Shown piece by piece: positions 7,848 to 12,755 of a stretch of 12,755 bases of DNA. The stretch lies in contig JBBDYC010000001.1 in NCBI GenBank assembly GCA_040901985.1, positions 106,853 to 119,607 on the forward strand, given 5' to 3'. A program made the translations under genes and the position numbers. Numbering within the stretch: the first letter of the stretch is position 1; each line of letters starts with the position of its first letter. Origin of the DNA: Gemmatimonadaceae bacterium (GTDB taxonomy: Bacteria; Gemmatimonadota; Gemmatimonadetes; Gemmatimonadales; Gemmatimonadaceae). The notes beneath the pieces are model-generated. The model made no database searches. It saw only the letters and a list, made by a program, of their open reading frames with translations, and was not told the DNA's origin.

Positions 7848-7999
7848 CCCGAACCTCGCGGAGCCATTTCGACGAGCTGGTGCCGGAAACGATCCGTACG
7901 CTCATCGAAGTGGAGCGGGGCGCGCGGAACTTCGTGGGCCGGATCCCGCCAGTGGCGCCGCCGCGGCAGTCGCCGCGGCCGCCGCCAACGCCGCGTTAG
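7844..7999 (+). CDS. Possible 51-aa small protein or gene remnant
   Basis: GTG overlaps the nagZ stop (GTGA). GC-rich third codon positions in the first two-thirds. Its TAG overlaps the TAA of the convergent protease gene. Confidence 0.35.
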   Translation: MTRTSRSHFDELVPETIRTLIEVERGARNFVGRIPPVAPPRQSPRPPPTPR

Positions 8000-9369
8000 C
8001 GCAGGATCCCGCGCACGTCCGCTGGCAGCTGTGCGGCGAGGCGCGCCGACGGCACGGCGTACACGATCCGCCCGCCGCTCTCGTCGGCGCCGCCGTAGAT
8101 CACGCCGATCACATAACCGCGCGCGTCGAAGACTGGCGAACCGCTCGACCCCTGCGCGGCGAACGCGTCGAGCTGCAGCGTCTCGGCGAGCGCCTTGCTC
8201 ACCGTCCCCACGCCGAGTGTGGCCACCGGACGCAGCGCGTTGATGTCGCCGTCCATCCCGACCGTACCGGTGCCGAGGGGGTAGCCGAGGACCCCGACCG
8301 GGGCACCGACGCGCGTGTCGGCGCCGCTCTCGGCGACCCCCGCGACGACCGGCCAGGGGCCCGACCTGACGAGGCGCAGGAGCGCCAGTTCGTCGGACTC
8401 GCTCACGTACTCGATGGTCGCCTGGAGCCAACGGCGCGAGGTCCCGTCGAAAGCGACGGCAATGCGTTCGGCGCGCGTCCCATCGGGCGTCTGGACGACG
8501 TGTCGGTTGGTAACGATCAGGCCGCCCGGGGCGACGTTGAATCCGGTGCCACTCGAGCGCACTCCATCGGGCATCTCGACGACGAGAAAGGCGATGGCCG
8601 CCTGGTTGGCCTCGGCGATCGCCGTGAAATCCATCTGGGAGAGCACCGTGACGCGGGCCTGGGCATCGCGCATCCGGGCCGAGAGGGCGGCGCCGTCGCC
8701 GCCGCGCGCCGCGTCGGCGCCGAGCGCGCGCGCCCCCCCGTCGCTCTCCGCGCGCAGCGCCTTGATCGCCGAGTCGGCGTTGCCGGTCTCGGTGAGGCGC
8801 GCCGTCAGCGCGCTCGCCAGCGAGTCGTTGGCGGCGAGGAGCATCGAGAGCTGCGCCCGCGTCTCGGCGGCGCTGTTGCGGTTGACCCAGACCGCCACAA
8901 TCGCCCCGGTGATGACAACAGCGGCGAGGCCGAGCACCATCCGCTTGAGCGACGTGGTCTGGAGCTCGACCGCCTCGGCGATCCGCGCGGCCGTCGGACG
9001 GCGGGGCGGCGGGGCGGGCGCTATCGCCGCCGCTGCCCCAGCGGTCGCCACGGCGTCCGCGCTCACCACGCGGAACTCGGCCTGTGGCCCGTTGGCACCG
9101 AAGGTGACCACGTCGCCGTCGAAGAGCGCACGCTCGCCCGCGACGCGCTGTCCGTTCACGAAGGTGCCGTTGGTGCTCCCGAGGTCCACCAGGAGATGCC
9201 GGTCGCCGACAGTCCGCAGCTCGGCGTGGCGCGAGGACACGTCGAGGTCGCGCTCGACGTCGAACCGCAGGTCGTTGATCGGATGGCGTCCAATCGCGAC
9301 GACGGACTTGTCGAACCGCTCCTTGGCGCCCGCGCGGGCGCCTTTGGTGATGCGGAGTTCGACCGCCAT
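7996..9369 (-). CDS. FHA domain - transmembrane helix - trypsin-like (S1) serine protease
   Basis: FHA motifs IGRH, VSSRHA, DLGSTNGTFVNG. TM MVLGLAAVVITGAIVAVWV. Protease motifs GTGF, VTNRHVV, DELALL, LGYPLG, QGSSGSPV. ATG is coupled to the upstream TGA. Confidence 0.9.
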   Translation of the reverse strand: MAVELRITKGARAGAKERFDKSVVAIGRHPINDLRFDVERDLDVSSRHAELRTVGDRHLLVDLGSTNGTFVNGQRVAGERALFDGDVVTFGANGPQAEFRVVSADAVATAGAAAAIAPAPPPRRPTAARIAEAVELQTTSLKRMVLGLAAVVITGAIVAVWVNRNSAAETRAQLSMLLAANDSLASALTARLTETGNADSAIKALRAESDGGARALGADAARGGDGAALSARMRDAQARVTVLSQMDFTAIAEANQAAIAFLVVEMPDGVRSSGTGFNVAPGGLIVTNRHVVQTPDGTRAERIAVAFDGTSRRWLQATIEYVSESDELALLRLVRSGPWPVVAGVAESGADTRVGAPVGVLGYPLGTGTVGMDGDINALRPVATLGVGTVSKALAETLQLDAFAAQGSSGSPVFDARGYVIGVIYGGADESGGRIVYAVPSARLAAQLPADVRGILR

Positions 9370-10550
9370 CAGGTCGCGATCCAGCGGATCAGGTAGAAGA
9401 GGAGCACCACGGCGGCAATCCCGCCGAAGATCATCCGCAGGAAGTCCGCCGGCACGCGCCCACCCGGCGGCGGCGCATCGGGGAGGTCGGCGCGCACCGC
9501 TGGCGCAATCCGCGCCGTCGCTCCGGGGCCGGCAGTCCCTACCGCGACCTTCGGTTGGACCGCCGGCACCGACTCGAGGGTCGGAATCTCCGCCTGCTCG
9601 TCGTCCACCATCGCGCTGAGCTGCGGGATTGAGCTGCGGTCCACGGGGAGCGTCGCCCGCCCTTGCTGCGAGCTGCGGAAGACGCGGTGCTCGGCCACCT
9701 CGGCGCCCGACTCGACAAGTCCCGGACCCTCGAAGCGCACCGCGACGACCGTGATGTTGTCCGGGCCACCCGCCTCGTTCGCGAGGTCAATCAACTTCTT
9801 GCAGATTTGCACAAGGTCGCTCTCGCCGTTGACGACCTCGGCGATCTCGCTTGCCCGGACCTGGCCCGACAGGCCGTCGGAACAGAGGATGAGGACGTCA
9901 CCGCGTTTCACCTGCTGCGTGGTGAGGTCCACCTTGATGGTTGGTTCCGGGCCGAGCGCCTGCAGGATGATGTTGCGCCGCTCGCTGACCTCGGCCTCCT
10001 CCACCGTCAGCTCGCCCGCCTCCACCAATTTCTGCATCAGCGACTGATCCTTGGTGATCTGGCTGGCGACGCCGTCGCGGACGATGTAGGCGCGCGAGTC
10101 GCCGATCTGCGAGAGGTAGAGCGTGTCGCCGAGGAGGCCGGCGACGGTGGCGGTGGTTCCCATCCCGCGGTTCTCGGGGTGCGAGGCGGCGTAGGCGTGG
10201 ATCTTGGCATTGGCCGCCTCGGTGGCGGCGCGCAGCGCGCTGACGAAGGTCTCCGAATCCTCGGTCGGGGCGCTACGCCACCGGGCGTCGAGCTCGGTGA
10301 GGATCACGTCCATCGCCATCGCGCTGGCAATCTCGCCGGCGGCCGCGCCGCCCATACCGTCGGCGACGGCGAAGAGGGAGCCGCGGTTGCCCACCGTGTG
10401 CGTGCGCACCTCGGGCTGCAGTGTGGCGTTGAACGTGGTCAGGTCCGCGACGGCGAACGTGTCCTCGTTGTGGTCGCGCGTGCGTCCCACGTCCGTCCGT
10501 CCGAAGACGTGGACGATGATCTCGCCGCCGGGAGAGGTGGAACCCGTCAC
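9369..10550 (-). CDS. PP2C/PPM-family Ser/Thr phosphatase (Stp1/PrpC-like) with C-terminal membrane anchor
   Basis: TDVGRTRDHNED, VADGMGG, GMGTT, IGDSRAY, LCSDGL, GGPDNIT, then a low-complexity linker and TM MIFGGIAAVVLLFYLIRWI. Confidence 0.95.
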   Translation of the reverse strand: MTGSTSPGGEIIVHVFGRTDVGRTRDHNEDTFAVADLTTFNATLQPEVRTHTVGNRGSLFAVADGMGGAAAGEIASAMAMDVILTELDARWRSAPTEDSETFVSALRAATEAANAKIHAYAASHPENRGMGTTATVAGLLGDTLYLSQIGDSRAYIVRDGVASQITKDQSLMQKLVEAGELTVEEAEVSERRNIILQALGPEPTIKVDLTTQQVKRGDVLILCSDGLSGQVRASEIAEVVNGESDLVQICKKLIDLANEAGGPDNITVVAVRFEGPGLVESGAEVAEHRVFRSSQQGRATLPVDRSSIPQLSAMVDDEQAEIPTLESVPAVQPKVAVGTAGPGATARIAPAVRADLPDAPPPGGRVPADFLRMIFGGIAAVVLLFYLIRWIAT

Positions 10551-10589
10551 TGGGTGCGGGGACAGAGTGGGTCGGAACGCGACAGACTC

Positions 10590-10595
10590 ATCTTA
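10590..10595 (-). promoter_or_regulatory. Possible internal -10 element upstream of the phosphatase
   Basis: Minus strand TAAGAT in the 98-bp kinase-phosphatase gap. No convincing -35. Confidence 0.3.
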
Positions 10596-10648
10596 CTGGA
10601 CAGTCGGGGCGTGCGCGAGGAGGGTCGTGCGGCTGGTGGTGATGGATG

Positions 10649-12298
10649 TCACTGACAGAAAACCTGGCGGAGCGTGAAGTCCGCGACGGACACTCGGGAC
10701 GGGTCTGTCAGTAGGCGCTTCACGTCACGCGCGGCGCGGCACGCGTCGGGGTCCTCGCGCGCAATGAGCGCATTCAGCTCGACGAAGTGCCACTCGCCGA
10801 GTTGCCGGCCCGACAGCGACGGACGCACGCCCTCGAGGTCAGCCAGCACGCGCCGGACCGTCGCGCCGGTGGCGTTGGGGTCCTGTACCTCGGCCAACCA
10901 CCCCTCGAGTCGCGTCATCACACTGGGTCCGGTTGGCGTGGGCGGAGGACTTGCCGTGGTGCCTGTCGGGTCCGTACGGGTCGCGGGGGGGGTGGGGTTC
11001 GCGACCGGACGGTTCATTCGGACTGTGTCCCGGGGCGCCGTTGCGCTCCCCGGGTTGGCCGCCGAACTCTCCGCTGCCGGCGGACCCTGGGCGAGCGCTC
11101 CCGGATCGGCCACCGGCGAATCCGGCTTTGTGAGGATCATCCACCCCACGGCGGCGGCGACCGCGACGACCGCACCGCCGGCCGCGATCGGCACGATGCG
11201 CGACTTGGGTACCGCCGCCGGCGCCGCCGCGCTCCCCTTCGGCGGCGACTTCGCCACGCGCGTCGCCGGGAGGTTCGCCGGCGTGGGCGTCGCCTTCTGG
11301 GCGCCGATCACCATCGTCGCGCCCTCGGTCGCCTGCGTCGCCGGCATCTCGGAAATCGCCGCCGCGAATTCGCGTCCGAACTGCGCCGCTCCCTGGTACC
11401 GCTCGTCCACGTCACGGGCCAGCGCCTTGTCGAGCGTCGCCTGCACCGCCTCCGGCCACTCGACATCCGGCCGCATTTCGGCCAGCGTCCTCGGCGGTAC
11501 GGTGAGCCGCGCGATCATCGCCTCCTGCGCCGTGTCCGCCGGAAAGGGCAGTGTACCGGTGAGGCAATTGAAGGCCACAAGCCCCAGCGAGTAGAGATCC
11601 GACCGCCCGTCGAGCTTGTCCGCCGCGAGTTGCTCCGGGCTCATATACTCCGGCGTGCCGACCACCAACCCGGCGCGCGTCACGTTCTGCGCCTCGCTCG
11701 AGCTCGCCTTGGCGATTCCGAAGTCCACCACCTTCACCAGGTCGCCGCCCTCGCGGGTCTTGGCCACCATGATGTTGTCGGGTTTCAGGTCGCGGTGGAC
11801 GATCCCCGCGTCGTGCGCGACCTGCAGGGCGTCGGCCGCCTGATGGATGATGCTCCCCGCGCGCCCCGGCGGCAGCGACCCGGCCTTCTCGATCAGCGAG
11901 GTCAGCGACTCGCCCTCGATGAACTCCATTGCGAGGTAGATCAGCCCGTCCGGGGTCTCGCCGAAGTCGTAGATGGCGCAGATGTTCGGGTGGCTGAGCC
12001 GCGAGGCGTTGGACGCCTCGCGGTTGAACCGGGCGATCGCGTCGGGGTCGGTGTTCATCCCCGGGTTCATCACCTTGAGCGCGCTCTTCCGCCCCATCTT
12101 CACGTGCTCGGCGAGGTAGACCGTGCCCATTCCGCCTTCGCCGAGCTTCTTCAGGACGTGATAGCGGTCGGCGACGATCTGGCCGAGCAGGTCGGCGGTG
12201 GAGACGGCCGCGCGGAGGGCGGTCCCGTCGCGCGGGCAGAAGCGTTCGCTGAGGGGATACTCGGTGCCGCAGGTCGGACAGATCTTCTGGTCGCTCAC
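10649..12298 (-). CDS. Membrane Hanks-type Ser/Thr kinase with N-terminal zinc-ribbon-like motif (549 aa)
   Basis: GTG at 12298 overlaps the upstream TGA after GGAG. CPTC...FCPRDG, LGEGGMGTVY, ALK, HRDLKPDN, DFG, GTPEYMSPE. TM IVPIAAGGAVVAVAAAVGWMIL, Pro/Thr linker, short helical C-terminal domain. Confidence 0.95.
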   Translation of the reverse strand: MSDQKICPTCGTEYPLSERFCPRDGTALRAAVSTADLLGQIVADRYHVLKKLGEGGMGTVYLAEHVKMGRKSALKVMNPGMNTDPDAIARFNREASNASRLSHPNICAIYDFGETPDGLIYLAMEFIEGESLTSLIEKAGSLPPGRAGSIIHQAADALQVAHDAGIVHRDLKPDNIMVAKTREGGDLVKVVDFGIAKASSSEAQNVTRAGLVVGTPEYMSPEQLAADKLDGRSDLYSLGLVAFNCLTGTLPFPADTAQEAMIARLTVPPRTLAEMRPDVEWPEAVQATLDKALARDVDERYQGAAQFGREFAAAISEMPATQATEGATMVIGAQKATPTPANLPATRVAKSPPKGSAAAPAAVPKSRIVPIAAGGAVVAVAAAVGWMILTKPDSPVADPGALAQGPPAAESSAANPGSATAPRDTVRMNRPVANPTPPATRTDPTGTTASPPPTPTGPSVMTRLEGWLAEVQDPNATGATVRRVLADLEGVRPSLSGRQLGEWHFVELNALIAREDPDACRAARDVKRLLTDPSRVSVADFTLRQVFCQ

Positions 12299-12755
12299 AG
12301 ACTCTCCACGCGCAGCGTCTGGTCGCCCATCAGGATCCGTTGGCCCACCTTCACCGGTTTCTCGCCGCGCACCGCGACGGCAATGCCGTTGCGGCTCCCG
12401 AGGTCGAGGACGATGAACTCGAGGTCCTCGCCCCGGATCTCGGCGTGCCGTCCGCTCATCGTCTGGTCGTAGGGAAAGAGCCAATCGCCCTCGGCGCGGC
12501 CGATGACCACCGAGCGGCCGGGCGAGAGATGGCAGACGTCGCGGGCGCTGCCGTCGGCCCGCAACTGCTGCATCACGGCCACGTCTGCGCTCGGCGTGGC
12601 CGAGCCGAGCCGTCGCGTCGCGTCCGCCTCGGGGGGATTGGGTCCCGGATAGCCGAGCCGGCGGAACCGCAGCAGCTGCGACCCCACGAGCACGGTGTCG
12701 CCGTCCTGCATCTTGTACGGCTCGAGGGCGTAGACCCAGGTGCCGTTGCGCGGCC
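12295..12755 (-). CDS. Tandem FHA-domain protein (5' partial)
   Basis: Frame is open to the window edge. End of one FHA (PRNGTWV...DGDTVLVG), then a complete FHA (VIGR, MSGRHA, DLGSRNG). Confidence 0.88.
   Translation of the reverse strand, partial: PRNGTWVYALEPYKMQDGDTVLVGSQLLRFRRLGYPGPNPPEADATRRLGSATPSADVAVMQQLRADGSARDVCHLSPGRSVVIGRAEGDWLFPYDQTMSGRHAEIRGEDLEFIVLDLGSRNGIAVAVRGEKPVKVGQRILMGDQTLRVESL

Noticed and set aside
10985..10997. G8 run as a phase-variation tract or G-quadruplex
   Set aside because: Explained by Pro/Thr codons in the kinase linker, and the frame is intact.
7996..12755. T6SS PpkA/PppA/Fha regulatory module
   Set aside because: No T6SS structural genes in the window and the architecture differs. 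The upstream flank is unseen, so this is not fully excluded.

Overview
High-GC bacterial window; the gene content and style suggest Gemmatimonadota (inference, not verified). No mobile elements, CRISPR arrays, rRNA or tRNA were recognised. Left to right: (1) a small outer-membrane beta-barrel gene (-) and a glycine-zipper lipoprotein (+), divergent across a 388-bp motif-rich regulatory region with a near-consensus CRP/FNR-type box; (2) a strong hairpin flanked by heptamer repeats; (3) a (-) operon of a secreted beta-barrel-like protein and a lipoprotein gamma-glutamyltransferase, divergent from a (+) peptidoglycan-recycling operon murQ-anmK-nagZ-like, apparently sharing one symmetric bidirectional -10 element; (4) a possible 51-aa ORF; (5) a (-) phospho-signalling operon: tandem-FHA protein (partial), zinc-ribbon membrane Ser/Thr kinase, membrane-anchored PP2C phosphatase and an FHA-TM-trypsin-like protease. 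The best candidates for a novel system are this kinase/phosphatase/FHA-protease module (possible inside-out control of a periplasmic protease) and the coupling of ggt to MurNAc recycling.
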